Origin: Eledone cirrhosa
Lineage: Eukaryota
Direction: 5' to 3'
Length of the DNA: 64,000 nt
NCBI GenBank assembly: GCA_964016885.1
Contig: OZ024743.1
Coordinates: 197,718,001-197,782,000, forward strand
This document shows positions 1 to 13,647 of this stretch, one piece after another. The translations under genes and the position numbers were made by a program. The notes beneath the pieces were generated by a model. It searched no databases. It was not told the origin of the DNA and worked only from the letters and a program-made list of their open reading frames with translations. Within the stretch, counting starts at the first letter, position 1. Each line of letters opens with the position of its first letter.

Positions 1-64
1 ATCTTGAACAGGTGCGTCTGACCACATTTCCGTGTCTGTGGTGTTTTTTTTTTTTTTTTTTTTT

Positions 65-245
65 ACCGGCAGTGCTCCCGGTAGCGACACCACCAAGCGA
101 GGGATTTCTGAAGGTTATCCATAGTCGCCGGCTCGAAAATCCTACGGAATAGACTGGTCAGTTCGATTTCGTCGACGCTCAGAGCCTCTCCAAGAGCGCC
201 CTCGCATTTGCCCACCACTAATCCTCTATAGAACTCTAGAATGTG
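65..245 (-). mobile_element. Tx1-like LINE ORF2 internal fragment
   Basis: Translation FYRGLVVGKCEGALGEALSVDEIELTSLFRRIFEPATMDNLQKSLAW aligns with FYRGLVEGKSDDVLGETLGVDENQLANLFGRTFGPGPMDNFQKSLAW of the ORF2 at 21224-23527. Confidence 0.9.
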
Positions 246-504
246 CACGCAGCAAGGCCTCCTTCGGTCAAGGCTGACCATGGGTACTATTCTGTTGTCA
301 GCTCGCTGGTGCAGTGTCTCCGGTTGCTAAACAGGCCTATATGTGAGTGACAGTCTCTGAAACATAGAACACATCTGTATATGGTCTCTGGTCTGTTGGA
401 TTTATTGCTTTCCTTTCGTCGCGCTCGCTTGTCCGCTGCTGCAGTCATCAGTAAGTAAGGTACTCAATACATTCCCTGATTTGAGGTGTCGATTCCGGGT
501 CATC

Positions 505-599
505 CGCCATCATGGCCGGTCAGCTGCAAGGCCCTTTCAGACCTCTGTGTTGATCTCAATGGCCTTCATATCTCCCTTCACAATGTCCTTGTATCGCAT
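505..599 (-). mobile_element. RTE-clade (BovB-like) LINE ORF C-terminal fragment
   Basis: Minus strand reads RYKDIVKGDMKAIEINTEV*KGLAADRP*WR, resembling the RTE C-terminal motif RYKD..K.DMK...I....WE.LA.DR..WR. Confidence 0.7.
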
Positions 600-904
600 G
601 CATACATATACACACACATACATATATGCATACATATATACATGCATACATATATACATACATATATACATGCATACATATATACATTATACATACATAT
701 ATACATGCATACATATATACATACATATATGCATACATATATACATACATATATATATGCATACATATATATACATACATATATACATGTATACATATAT
801 ACATACATATATGCATGCATACATATATACGAACATGCATACATAAAAAAGATAGATAGATATATTCATACATACATACATACATACATACATACATACA
901 TACA

Positions 905-935
<31 letters not shown>
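597..935. repeat. Compound (CATA)n/(TA)n microsatellite
   Basis: Directly visible; explains the ORFs at 481-965. Confidence 0.95.
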
Positions 936-1087
936 TTAACAATTGCACAATTATTTTATTATTAATAATAATTATCTGAAACTTTGCATGAATATAAACA
1001 TTTTAAGCATAATAAAGATGCATTAATAAATATGTATGTATGTTTGTATGTATGTATGTGTATATATGTATGTATATATATGTATAT

Positions 1088-1694
1088 GTCAGGTCACCAG
1101 TTGGTGCTACTGGTAACATGTATCCCAGTACAACCTGTCTCATGGTCGGGTGGCGACTAAACTGGCAACCCCACTAAGGTTTCTTGGTGAGGAGGGTGAC
1201 TTTGGACATCCTGCAGGACTAAAAACAAAACCTGTCAAAGAGCAAAGGAGCTCTTAAGAGTCAATGGCCATCCAAAATCATCGGGAGAGATGACCCCTTA
1301 GCCTTTGTCAAGGCAGAATTCTAGGAGAAGGAAAACTCTGATATAACACCTGCAACTCTGATGGTATCCAATGATGTTGACTTGTTCTTCTTTTTGGTAA
1401 ATATCATCTTGGTTAAGAGAGTGGGACTGGCTTTGTGCAGTGCCTTTGCTCACTATAAAAGCTTCACGACACAAGCATTGCTTTATATCTGGAGATCTCT
1501 CTGCACTTGTCATCACAGGGTACAATGGGCCCAGCACTATCTGTCAATAATTGTCACAAGTGTAGTGTTTGTACCAGAGTTTTCAAGTCACTGGCTGGAC
1601 TAAAAAGTCACACCCGTTCAGCACATTGGTAGGGGTTCTCCTACATGGATATAAAGTAGTGGCCGTACTCGAAAACGAGTTGGCAGCCACCATA
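1088..1694 (+). mobile_element. Unclassified ~600 bp interspersed retroposon, copy 1
   Basis: Highly similar copies at 25078-25435 and 38659-39184; all end ...GAGTTGGCAGCCACCA (or GATTTGGCAGCCACCA) followed by TATG-type repeats. Confidence 0.85.
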
Positions 1695-1727
1695 TGTATA
1701 CACACGCACGCGCACATAAATATATAT

Positions 1728-1784
<57 letters not shown>

Positions 1785-1791
1785 CACACCT

Positions 1792-2133
<342 letters not shown>

Positions 2134-2330
2134 TGTATATATATATATATACCTGTATTACTTTTGTGCATAACGTTGCACGTGTATGGAAATAATAGTT
2201 AAGAAGTCTCTCAATAGTGAAGATTTTTAAATAACCATTTCCCGTGACTGTCTAAGTTAATTTAAATATATATATATATATTTACTTCTCAACCAAGTAT
2301 TCACTGGAACCAGAAATATATTAAAAAAAT

Positions 2331-2427
<97 letters not shown>

Positions 2428-2431
2428 TATA

Positions 2432-2603
2432 TAGTTAGCGTTTATACGAAGGAGAAAAGGTTTAAAATAAATTTCAACACATTTTACTTTATATATCAGA
2501 AAGAAGGCTAAATTGAATCGTTATATTTTCTTTACCTTATTTTTCCTTTTCCCATTACATACTACATACATACATATAAATATGCATACATACATACATA
2601 CAA

Positions 2604-2655
<52 letters not shown>

Positions 2656-2742
2656 TATTTAGACTTCTTTCTGATATATAAAGTAAAATGTGTTGATAAT
2701 TTATTTTAAACCTCTTCTCCTTCGTATAAACGCTAACTATAT
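2432..2742. mobile_element. (TA)n-flanked fold-back element (no HHR seen)
   Basis: 2432-2508 is the reverse complement of ~2662-2742. Confidence 0.8.
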
Positions 2743-2844
2743 ATCAAGCCAGTACATTGATCAATTTAGCAATAGAAATACACATAGCGTATTCGTGTGA
2801 AAATGCCTATTGTCCGTCCATACAGTAGTATTTTAAAATAATTT

Positions 2845-3003
2845 TTTCTACTTTTGGCACAAGGCCTGCAATTAACCTCGTGCATTATTGGTACTTTATT
2901 TTATCGACCCCGTAAGGATGAAATGCAAAATTAACCTCGGCGGGATTTGAACACAGATCATAAAGGGGCGTAACTCTATGCTGCAAAGCATGGCATCCGA
3001 CTT
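2845..3003 (-). mobile_element. tRNA-derived SINE (Meta-domain-like family)
   Basis: Reverse complement of the family seen intact at 16329-16521. Confidence 0.85.
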
Positions 3004-3090
3004 TAATAATAATGTCTAAGACTACGCCCTTGTTTGTCATAGGGATTGCAGGGACATAGCATATATTATGTTTTCTTGTAATATGTACAA

Positions 3091-3220
<130 letters not shown>

Positions 3221-3819
3221 CTATTAACTAGTTAATTTTTTTGATTTTTTTAGTTAATTCTACTGATTAATAGCTTATGTTAAATTTAAAAAACTAATCT
3301 GTTTATAGCTTAATTCGTTTTGTGATATTTTGCAATTTTGTAATAACCATACATACTGAATTCATCCGCCAAGACTAGGGGTTGTCTCCATTCTAACCCC
3401 CCACGTGGGTTTAGATAACGGCCAGTGCTTAGCTTTGCATAGAACTAAATGCCTGTTGAAAAAGTGATTTCCTTGTTCGATCATCATACCAAAAGCTTAA
3501 CATTATTTGTTTAAGCAGACAGTACCTGATTTAGGAGTTGCAGAAACCCCATATTGGATTTTGCCACCGTTTCCAGGGGTCCGGGTACAGTTTTCAATCA
3601 TATTTTATTTTTGTTTCACTCGAATAACTTCGTCGTTTCTATGGCTGTGCGGATAATGGTTTAACCATCGCCTCAGTGTGTTTGGCCTTTTAACGTACGT
3701 TGTTGCTCTAGTTCACTAGTTTCTATGGAGCGCTTGCCACTCATCTCGGAAGTTATTTTTCGCTAATTTCCAATAGCCGAAATGCGATTCTCGCTAATTT
3801 ATATTTGTATATATATATA

Positions 3820-4603
3820 TGAAGTTAGTCCTTCATCAGTGATCTTCCAACCTTCATTGGTATTTCATCGCTTTAATGACCATATAACTCCGGTTGGTGC
3901 GAGCAACGACTAAAGAAAGTCGTTGGGACACGTAAATAAGGGGAACGAGCGAGACTGTAAACAATCAAAGATGGTAATGCAACGAAAAGTGAGGAAGAAG
4001 GAGTCAAGTCCCAGAATTCTATAATATAAGTTCTGTGAAATCGTGGACGAAAGAGAATAAAGACCATCAAACCTAGTCGAAATGTCAGCAAGGAAGGAAT
4101 TCCGCACAGGTCAAACGGGAGGAAGAAGGAGTCTAGTCCTTGAATTCGGTGAACATAAGTTCTGTGAAATCGTAGACAAGAGAGAAAAAAAAGGAACAAC
4201 CAACCTGGTCAAGTGTGCGCGAGAAAAGAATTACGCACAGGTCAAACGGGAGGAAGTAGGAGAGGGAGTAGCAGAGAGTGAGTGATTTTCCAACCTTCAT
4301 TGGTATTTCGGGACTAGACTCCTTCCCCCTCCCGTTTGACCTGTGCCGAATTCTTTCCTTGCTTACATTTCGACTAGGTTTGATGGTCTTTATTCTCTCT
4401 CGTCCACGATTTCACAGAACTTATATTCATGGAAATCTGGGACTTGACTCTTTCTTCCTCACTTTTCGTTGCATTACCATCTTATTTACGTGTTCCAACA
4501 ACTTTCTTTAGCCGTTGCTCGCACCAACCGGAGGTATATGGTCTTTAAAGCGATGAAACACCAATGAAGGTTAGAAGATCACTGATGAAGGACTAACTTT
4601 ATT

Positions 4604-4605
<2 letters not shown>
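3820..4605. mobile_element. (TA)n-flanked fold-back element with ~125 bp internal repeats
   Basis: 3820-4260 is inverted relative to 4280-4600; a further plus-strand copy lies at 11500-11945; orphan CTGATGAAGGAC near the 3' end. Confidence 0.85.
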
Positions 4606-4649
<44 letters not shown>

Positions 4650-4658
<9 letters not shown>

Positions 4659-4830
4659 AAGAGATTGTGGTAAGATAATAGGTGGACAATAATGCACCGG
4701 AGTACTCTATTCTTCGGGTAGTAGAGTGGCTAATAGGAAAACAGTCAGGACCCTTATTGGTGGCTTAGTTCGGATCTAGCTGTCGAAACGGCTGGAGTTC
4801 AGCCATTGGGGTCCTGACTCTTTTCCTATA
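4650..4830. mobile_element. (TA)n-flanked fold-back element, family I
   Basis: TAGGAAAACAGTCAGGACCC / GGGTCCTGACTCTTTTCCTA arms; same family at 9728, 10575, 37055, 40560, 41590, 62203. Confidence 0.85.
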
Positions 4831-4929
4831 TATGTATATATATATATATACTATATTATATTTAGAGATTAAACTCTTAGTCGTTTACAATTAATCAGCT
4901 CAAAGAAAGAGGCATTTCTGAGCAGTGAA

Positions 4930-5320
4930 ATACAAGTTATATATTAATATATATGATAAACACAAAACGTGTTTGTATTGTAACAGACAAAGTTAGCTAG
5001 CAATGAAATAAACTAATTAAAGTGAATACAATTTGTCTGTCTCGATATAAGTCAATAAAGACAAGCTTATATTGGCAAAAGCCGTTGCGAAACATATTTA
5101 GGTTTCGAAGTTCAAATTCATCTACGGAGCGGGTTTGGATTTTGAAATTTAAATTTGTCCAGGAATCACGGGTTTTGCCAATATAAGCTTGTCTTTATTG
5201 ACTTATATCGAGACAGACAAATTGTATTCACTTTAATTAGTTTATTTCATTGCTAGCTAATTTTGTCTGTTACAATACAAACACGTTTTGTGTTTATCAT
5301 ATATATTAATATATAACTTG

Positions 5321-5325
<5 letters not shown>
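4930..5325. mobile_element. Fold-back element with ~160 bp near-perfect arms
   Basis: 4930-5082 is the reverse complement of 5172-5323. Confidence 0.9.
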
Positions 5326-5346
<21 letters not shown>

Positions 5347-5351
<5 letters not shown>

Positions 5352-5572
5352 GGAAAAAATGAAACGAAATTTCATTTCTCACTCAATCTTAGTACGGCTG
5401 TTACTTAAATATAAGTATGTATACGTACATACATATATGTATACAGACGCACAGTAGTATGTATATATATATACATATATGCACACATATAGGTCTGTAT
5501 ACTTATAGTTAAGTAACAGCCGTACTAAGAGTGAGTGAGAAATGAAATTTCGTTTCATTTTTTCCATTTATT
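5347..5572. mobile_element. Fold-back element
   Basis: AAATGGAAAAAATGAAACGAAATTTCATTTCTCACTC...TTAGTACGGCTGTTACTTAA inverted at 5509-5570. Confidence 0.85.
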
Positions 5573-5690
5573 GTTTTCGGTGCGCCCGGCCGATTAACTC
5601 ACTCGATATGCAAATCAGGCTGCTCAGCCATTAATATGCATAAGGAAAGTATATACTTTCAGACGTTCAATCATCTGGCAGGAAGGTATA

Positions 5691-5731
5691 CGGTACTGAC
5701 GATAGCTAATAATCTTGAAACTAGTACATCG
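5691..5731 (+). ncRNA. Minimal hammerhead ribozyme (CTAG loop)
   Basis: cggta-CTGACGA-tAG-ctaataat-CTt-GAAA-CTAG-TA-catcg; one mismatch in stem I. Confidence 0.7.
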
Positions 5732-5935
5732 TTCCTTTGCCAGTGTTGAACAAAAGGGCAACGATGGTTGCTAAACACAGTACGGCTTAATTCGGGATGT
5801 TTGTTTACAAACAAACCGAGCATTATAATAAATGTTCGGTAAATCCATACGTACATATATATATGTGTGCATGTATGTATATATATATACATACTACTGT
5901 ACGTATGTATACATATATGTATGTACGTATAAATA

Positions 5936-5982
<47 letters not shown>

Positions 5983-6150
5983 CGCCAAAAACAATTTTGG
6001 CGTTTCTTTCTTCTATCTTTTTTGTTCTCATTCTATCTTCTGAAGAAGGACTAACGTCCAAAATATTAAATGTCTTTTCGTACTATATCGAGCGTTATAT
6101 ATCTTCATTGCGCTGTATCATTTTTCTGTGTTGTTTTCCATTTATGTTTC

Positions 6151-6313
<163 letters not shown>

Positions 6314-8475
6314 ATGAGAAAAATAATAGGGCAAATACTTCTGAATAGAATTATGTAATACATGATAGAAAATAGTGGTTTAGAAGTTAACTCATATCAT
6401 TATCAACAAAAAGGTTGTTGAATCCTATTGGTTCCTCCTCCCCTGCAATCTTTGCTACTTCAAGCGTTTAGAATGCAGGAATATTTACCAGATAATTTGA
6501 AGATAAAAACCACAGATCTATTTATCATTTGAGCCTTTGAAGAGAGATTTCTGACAAACTGAAATCGAATAAAACGAATAAAATTCACAGAATAAAAATA
6601 GAAAATCAAATTAAATATTAAAAAAAAGTAATTTAACGTAATATCAAATTCCAAATGCAATATTATGAGTGTGGAATAGTTCTATTAATGAGACAAGACA
6701 AATTTGATGCAACTGCGAAAGAAAAATATAAATGATTTATCAAGTGTTAAAGCTGATACTCGTTGAACTTAAAATGGGTTTTCAACTCAACGCCATATTC
6801 TTTGCCGTGCCATTGCTAAACGGACATTCGTGGTTTTGTGAAATATTAATTTACCGCTTCCTGCCATGAATTTAATGAACAACCACTGGAAGTTAACTGG
6901 AATGTCAGCAGATTAATATAAATTTGTTAAACGTTATACGAGGATTAGAAATAGCAAGATGTGATACAGTTATAGTAATGTTATTTTTCATTTAATTTTA
7001 TTTCTATTAAAACAGGATTTTGAAGTTCACTCGACCTAGCTATGATAGTTTATCAAATCACTTACAACATTGTTGCCACTTATTCTTGCTAATTTTCAAG
7101 TCTGACTTTTAGAAAGGTTACATTTGTGAAGAGATTTTCATTAATGTTTTACATATGACTAACTAATACATCAATTATTTGCGACCTTAATATCTCATTT
7201 ATGGCAAAGATAATTCACACGACTACAAACATTTATAGATTGAAATATGTATCAATTAGATCAGCAATTTTCTCTTATGAATTGCTTTCAAAGTATTATT
7301 TCGTATTTTGATGAACATTTATAATGTCATTATTGTTACTGTTGCCCTTAGTTAATAATTATAAAGCAAACACAGGATCAAAGGCATTCCAACCATGGCC
7401 AACCCGTCTTAGATTTACCTTGAACTACATTATCTAATGTATCAGGTTTTATTTGACAGAGATTTGATTACTATTTTTAGCACATCACGCAACCGTATAG
7501 TGTTTCTTTTGTTACCTCGTATTTCAATAAGAGAAAATAATTTGAACTGGGAGTGGTTCACTGTGATGATTGAGCAGTCTTCAAGTAGATTAGTGGTGTG
7601 AGGTGAATTGATTTCGTCAAGAAACAGAACCTGCGTTGCGTACAGCTCACCTGCAGCCTATCCCTTAATCTAAAACATATTTTTTTTACTAATTAGCTAT
7701 TTTAATTCTTGGTTTAGAGAATTAAGCATAATCGCGCCATTTGCGAGAAATTTCCTGAAATTAGTTTGCAGAAGCTTTTCGCTATGTTTTAGATACAGAA
7801 TAGAAATATAAGGTGATACAAATCTAGACTGGCCCGCATTGTTACACTAGTGGAACTATGACTTCAATAGTAACTACAATAGAGCTGAATGTATTTAAAT
7901 TTTTGAGTCCAAGACTGGTATGTCATATATATCTAGATTGCCGGAAATATGAACAATAAGGGGATATTTCAGTTTTGATATATTAATAGTTTGAATCAGA
8001 AAACCCTATAGTTTATATTGATTACTGAATATGGAAGTGATTAAAGGTAGGAATAATATTTTAATCATTGAATACCGAGGATATAATTACATAAATGTAT
8101 GAGTGACTCTGGAGAAATAACTATTTACAGGGACAAACGAAGGGTTAAAGTGAAGGAACTTATGACCGGAAAGCGAACTTCTTAACGTAAAACCATGTTT
8201 GAGCTAGGAAATGTATTGTATGTGTACTATTGTGTGTGCAAATTTTAACGAACTACAGACGCACACACACACCTACACACATGTACAAACAAACACACAC
8301 ACACGCACACACACACACATTTAAGTTTGTATATATATATATATATGGAAAGTTATATTTAAATTGTTGGGTTACAACTAGTAAATATTTATAACTGATA
8401 TAAAAGCACTCAACAAGTATTTGGAGTATATTTACGATATTATATAAATGGAAACTATATTTATAAAACCATATT

Positions 8476-8541
8476 TATTTCATTATATATATTTCAGGGA
8501 TATCATATTAACAATATGTTATGCCTTCTTCAGACAAAATA
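8476..8541 (-). ncRNA. Minimal hammerhead ribozyme, family B (TATATA loop)
   Basis: Reverse-complement partner of 8711-8776. Confidence 0.8.
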
Positions 8542-8710
8542 CAATATAGACAGTTTTATAGATAAATAGATTTGACATACCGTTCAACATCGACTTGTAT
8601 TTGAAAAAGTTGATTTGGCAGATCAACTTTTTGCCAAATCAACTTTTTCAAATACAAGTCGATGTTGAACGGTATGTCAAATCTATTTATCTATAAAACT
8701 GTCTATATTG

Positions 8711-8776
8711 TATTTTGTCTGAAGAAGGCATAACATATTGTTAATATGATATTCCTGAAATATATATAATGAAATA
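8711..8776 (+). ncRNA. Minimal hammerhead ribozyme, family B (TATATA loop)
   Basis: TATTTTGT-CTGAAGA-AGG..CATATT-gtt-AATATG..CCT-GAAA-TATATA-TA-ATGAAATA; 8-bp stem I with two G-U pairs. Confidence 0.85.
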
Positions 8777-8816
8777 AATATGGTTTTATAAATATAGTTT
8801 CCATTTATTTAATATC

Positions 8817-8889
<73 letters not shown>

Positions 8890-8921
8890 AGAAAAACCAC
8901 AAACCGTCCATCTCAATGGTA

Positions 8922-8955
8922 CTTTTGAAAAGCAGAACTGCGAAACCGGTAAAGG
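8922..8955 (+). ncRNA. Minimal hammerhead ribozyme, family C (U3-A8 core)
   Basis: CTT-TTGAAAA-GCAG-aa-CTGC-GAAA-CCGG-TA-AAG. Confidence 0.75.
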
Positions 8956-9233
8956 AACCAAATAAATATATATTTAAAAAAAAAAGACTCCAGTTGCATT
9001 TTCGATTTCATCTATTTTCCTTATATATATAGGTAAGTTATTCCGGGTTGAATCGGAGGTAACCACAGTAAGTAAGGTACTCAATACATAGCAGAGTATA
9101 AAAGTTTTAATATAGAAGAGATTCTGCAGGACTAGAACTGTTTCATTCGTGAGAAATGATAAGGAATCTGACTGTCCAAGTAAATATGGTGGTATTTATA
9201 TCTTTTCTGGTGGTAGGAGAGGGTGGGGAGTGG

Positions 9234-9597
9234 GATGGTTGGAGGTCATTGGTTGAAAGAAAAGGGAATTCATTAAAAGCTAATTCTTTAAAGCTATAAT
9301 TTATATTTAGAGGGACAAGGGCAGAAAGAATTCTATAAACAAGTTCAAATTGGAGTGCCACTCCTTATTTTTAAGTTTCTCTTAAGCTATCAATGCCTAT
9401 ATTTCAGGTGCCTATAAGATGGTTGGAGGTCAGTCATGGTTGATGGGTTTTAAGAAAGGGGAGTTCTTTAAAAGCTAATTCTTTAAAGCTTTACTTAGAG
9501 TGACAAAGGCCAAGAGAATTCTATAAACAAGTTCAAATTATAGGTGCCTCTCCTTATTGTCAAGTTTCTCTTAAGCTATATTTCAGGTGTCTACAAG
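9234..9597. repeat. Diverged ~180 bp tandem duplication
   Basis: GATGGTTGGAGGTCA...AAAAGCTAATTCTTTAAAGCT...GAATTCTATAAACAAGTTCAAATT...AAGTTTCTCTTAAGCTAT occurs twice. Confidence 0.85.
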
Positions 9598-9624
9598 CAC
9601 ATTTACACACACACACACAGATAA

Positions 9625-10015
<391 letters not shown>

Positions 10016-10521
10016 GCATTTATAGCAGCTGTGTTAGACCCCTGAAAAGTTTGCATTATATTTTTTCACTACCCACTTCTACAATTTCTTATTTATTATT
10101 TTCCATTCTCAACTTATTAACCTTTTCTGTAGCTTTGGCCGTACAAGCAACACCTACTAATTAGAGCAGCTATTTCTAGACTCTACTGTTTTTTTTTTTT
10201 TATTCATTTCTCACTATCTAATTTTTTATATTTCTTTCTATTGTTTTTTATTGTCTCCTACTCTTATTTGACTTACCTATTATAACCTCCCTCCTCCATT
10301 TTTTCCAGAACAATTGTTCGACTTTTCATACACTATCCTTAGAATCTGCTGTATAGATTTCACTTTCAACGCTTGACCGGCTCCACTCACTCCCTCATTG
10401 TTCTACAGGCAAGTTCAGCCACCCCTACCACCCTCCAAATGCCACGAATAGACTTATTTGTGTTTACAACACACTTTGACCAATCCTCTCAACAACTACA
10501 GTCTTCTATATAAGGAAGTAC

Positions 10522-10600
10522 CCCTTGACAAGTTCGGCTATTTATTTACCAGGCTAAAATTTTTAATTTAGTCCAGAAATAGCCGTCGAAACGGCTTGCG
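10522..10600 (+). ncRNA. Putative hammerhead ribozyme, family I (TTGACAA core, long stem II)
   Basis: TTGACAA-G-tt-CGGCTATTT..GGCTAAA..TTTAGTC..AAATAGCCG-t-C-GAAA-cggc-TT; stem I is weak in this copy. Confidence 0.55.
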
Positions 10601-10626
10601 CTCTGCCGTCGGGGTCATACTTTTTC

Positions 10627-10713
<87 letters not shown>

Positions 10714-10906
10714 TCAGGTTTGAGGTTCACCACTGTATAGAGCTGGTCTATTCCGTATGGTCAATCGTAATGTAATAATATAGAGAGTACTCAACGTAAA
10801 GCAGTTCAACCATCTTTGTTTTGTAGTTGGTGGTGCTATTACGGAGTTAAATATTATAATGAAATGACGGGAGGCTGGATTTGTGTAAATCCTTGAAAGG
10901 TTTATT

Positions 10907-10964
10907 ATACTATGATCATTTCAATGACCGGGTTCCGTATGAACCCGGTGATATCATCAGGTAT
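10907..10964 (-). ncRNA. Minimal hammerhead ribozyme, family D
   Basis: Reverse complement of 11348-11405. Confidence 0.88.
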
Positions 10965-11347
10965 TCGAAATATAATACGTGAATGTAATAGATAATGTCC
11001 ATGGGGCTGAAAATCGAGGACCCGAGGGCGACCGCTATCTTGCACCCTCTACCTTAGCCGGTCGCCCTCGAGTGACGTGGCTAAAGCTCACAGTGTGCTA
11101 CTACCGGTCAGATAAAGGAAAACAGAAAGGGATGGGAACATAAGTTACAGCACAAAAGAAAGAAAGAAAGGAAGGAGAGAGAAGAAGGGAGAAGAAGAGA
11201 AGCCAGGGTTAATGTCAGCTGTGAGCTTTAGCCACGTCACTCGAGGGCGACCGGCTAAGGTAGAGGGTGCAAGATAGCGGTCGCCCTCGGGTCCTCGATT
11301 TTCAGCCCCATGGATTTTATCTATTACATTCACGTATTATATTTCGA

Positions 11348-11405
11348 ATACCTGATGATATCACCGGGTTCATACGGAACCCGGTCATTGAAATGATCAT
11401 AGTAT
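11348..11405 (+). ncRNA. Minimal hammerhead ribozyme, family D (TGATCA loop)
   Basis: ATAC-CTGATGA-tATc-ACCGGGTTC-atacg-GAACCCGGT-cATt-GAAA-TGATCA-TA-GTAT. Confidence 0.9.
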
Positions 11406-11941
11406 AATAAACCTTTCAAGGATTTACACAAATCCAGCCTCCCGTTATTTCATTATAATATATATATATATACATATATATATATAATATAATATATAAC
11501 TCTTTTCTCTCACATACTCGGCCAAGCTTGTCGGAATTTTTTCTCTCTCGTCTACGATTTCACAGAACTTATGTTTACCGAATTCGCAGACCAGACCCCT
11601 TCTTCCCCCCGTTAGACCTGTGCGAAATTCCTTCCTTGCTCACATTTCAACCAGGTTTGATGGTCTTTATTCTCTCGTTCACGATTTCACCGAACTTAAA
11701 TTCATAGAAATCTGGGACTTGTCTCCTTATTCCTCACTTTCTGTTGCCTCACCATTTTGTTTGTTTACCCTCGCGTCCCCTTTATTTACGTGTCCCAACG
11801 ACTTTTTTTAGCCGTTGCTCGCACCAACCGGAGGTATATGGTCTTTAAAGCGATGAAATGCCTATGATAGTTGGAAGATCACTGATGAAGGACAAACTTT
11901 TTTCATATGTAACCCATTTGTAACTCCGCAGCGCCCTTATT

Positions 11942-12090
<149 letters not shown>

Positions 12091-12221
12091 GTGAGGTTTT
12101 TTTTACAAAATGAAAAATAACCGAGGTGTCCTACATGAGTGGAAGTATAAAGAAAAAGGGATGTAATCGAAAATGCAACTGAAGTCTTATTTTTAAAAAA
12201 AATATATATATTTATTTGGTT

Positions 12222-12259
12222 CCTTTACCGGTTTCGCAGTTCTTCTGCTTTTCAAAAGG
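12222..12259 (-). ncRNA. Minimal hammerhead ribozyme, family C (U3-A8 core)
   Basis: Reverse complement of 12339-12376. Confidence 0.82.
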
Positions 12260-12338
12260 TGAGTTGAGATGGAGGGTCTGTGGTTTTTTCTCACATCTGA
12301 GATGTGAGAAAAAACCACAGACCCTCCATCTCAACTCA

Positions 12339-12376
12339 CCTTTTGAAAAGCAGAAGAACTGCGAAACCGGTAAAGG
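12339..12376 (+). ncRNA. Minimal hammerhead ribozyme, family C (U3-A8 core, CCGG loop)
   Basis: CCTT-TTGAAAA-GCAG-aagaa-CTGC-GAAA-CCGG-TA-AAGG. Confidence 0.85.
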
Positions 12377-12445
12377 AACCAAATAAATATATATATTTTT
12401 TTTAAAAATAAGACTTCAGTTGCATTTTCGATTTCATCCCTTTTT

Positions 12446-12548
<103 letters not shown>

Positions 12549-13556
12549 TATGTATATATATGTATATATATATATATATGTATACATACATACAAACTTA
12601 CATGACGTGTTAACATCGTTGAATATCTACACTTTCTTTCGCATATTTTATATACAAACTTATATTTAAAGCTAAAACTGACAAAATCTACATGCGGAAG
12701 ACATAGCTCATAACATGTTGTGTTCTGGGTTTTTCTTTCTATAACTGATAAGCAAAACTTTAGTAAATGGAAGCGAATGAGAAAACAAGTGGTAACTGAT
12801 TTAATCAACAACATTGAACACAGAATTCATTCTAATAACTCTTATGATAACCCTGGCATACTGCCAGTAGTTTTAAAGACTGCATGGTGATATGAGCAGA
12901 GAATGAAAATTACTCATTACGTATAATTGGCCAGTTAGTTGAGGTGTCGATGCAATGTGATTTATACGAGAATATACGAGAATATACGAACATATACGAG
13001 TATATACTAACGAAAAAAATATATCCGAAGAATCTCAGTCTTCATTCCATCTGCTACTTTGTTGCTGCCGGAGAATGATTTGTATTTGAATGTAATTCTC
13101 TCAGACATGCCAACGACACACCTATCTGTGCACCTATAACCTTCTTGTACTACGGATTCTCGATAAGATATAACTCAAAGAAGAGGTTGAAACAGGATAA
13201 ACATTAACAAATATATTATACGAAAACCATTTTAGCTTATAGAAAGCAAGAGTGTGGTGGCTAGAAGAATTATTAACGTGCTGGACAAATGATTGTAGTA
13301 TTATTTAGTTATGCGTCTTAAGGTTCTGAGAAGGTGTGCAGCGCAATGGGTTACGGTGTTGATCGTAAAGTAGTTATCAAGGTTGTCGGGAGAGCCAAAT
13401 GGTTTGATTATATTTGGCACCCTTTTAATGAGTTTATGTATATATAATAAAAAAAAAGTGTCAAGACTAAAATCCGAAGAGGACTCGATGAGGATTATAT
13501 ATATATAAATATATATATATATAAACCATAGAGCAAATATTTATAAAAATAACAGA

Positions 13557-13639
<83 letters not shown>

Positions 13640-13647
<8 letters not shown>

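Larger units (their letters stand above)
8345..8820. mobile_element. (TA)n-flanked fold-back element, family B
   Basis: ~8434-8620 inverted at ~8632-8820; relatives at 37255-37510, 40620-40800, 60427-60660, 60945-61111. Confidence 0.9.
10690..11462. mobile_element. (TA)n-flanked fold-back element, family D
   Basis: ~240 bp near-perfect arms 10853-11092 / 11220-11461 around a purine-rich spacer. Confidence 0.92.

Noticed and set aside
4580-4605. CTGATGAAGGACTAAC (also 3821 minus, 11882) as a hammerhead
   Set aside because: No closing stem II or GAAA in any of the three copies
9143-9361. Possible GIY-YIG C-terminal remnant (ELVYRILSALVPLNIN)
   Set aside because: Resemblance too weak, and the frame is not preserved in the tandem copy
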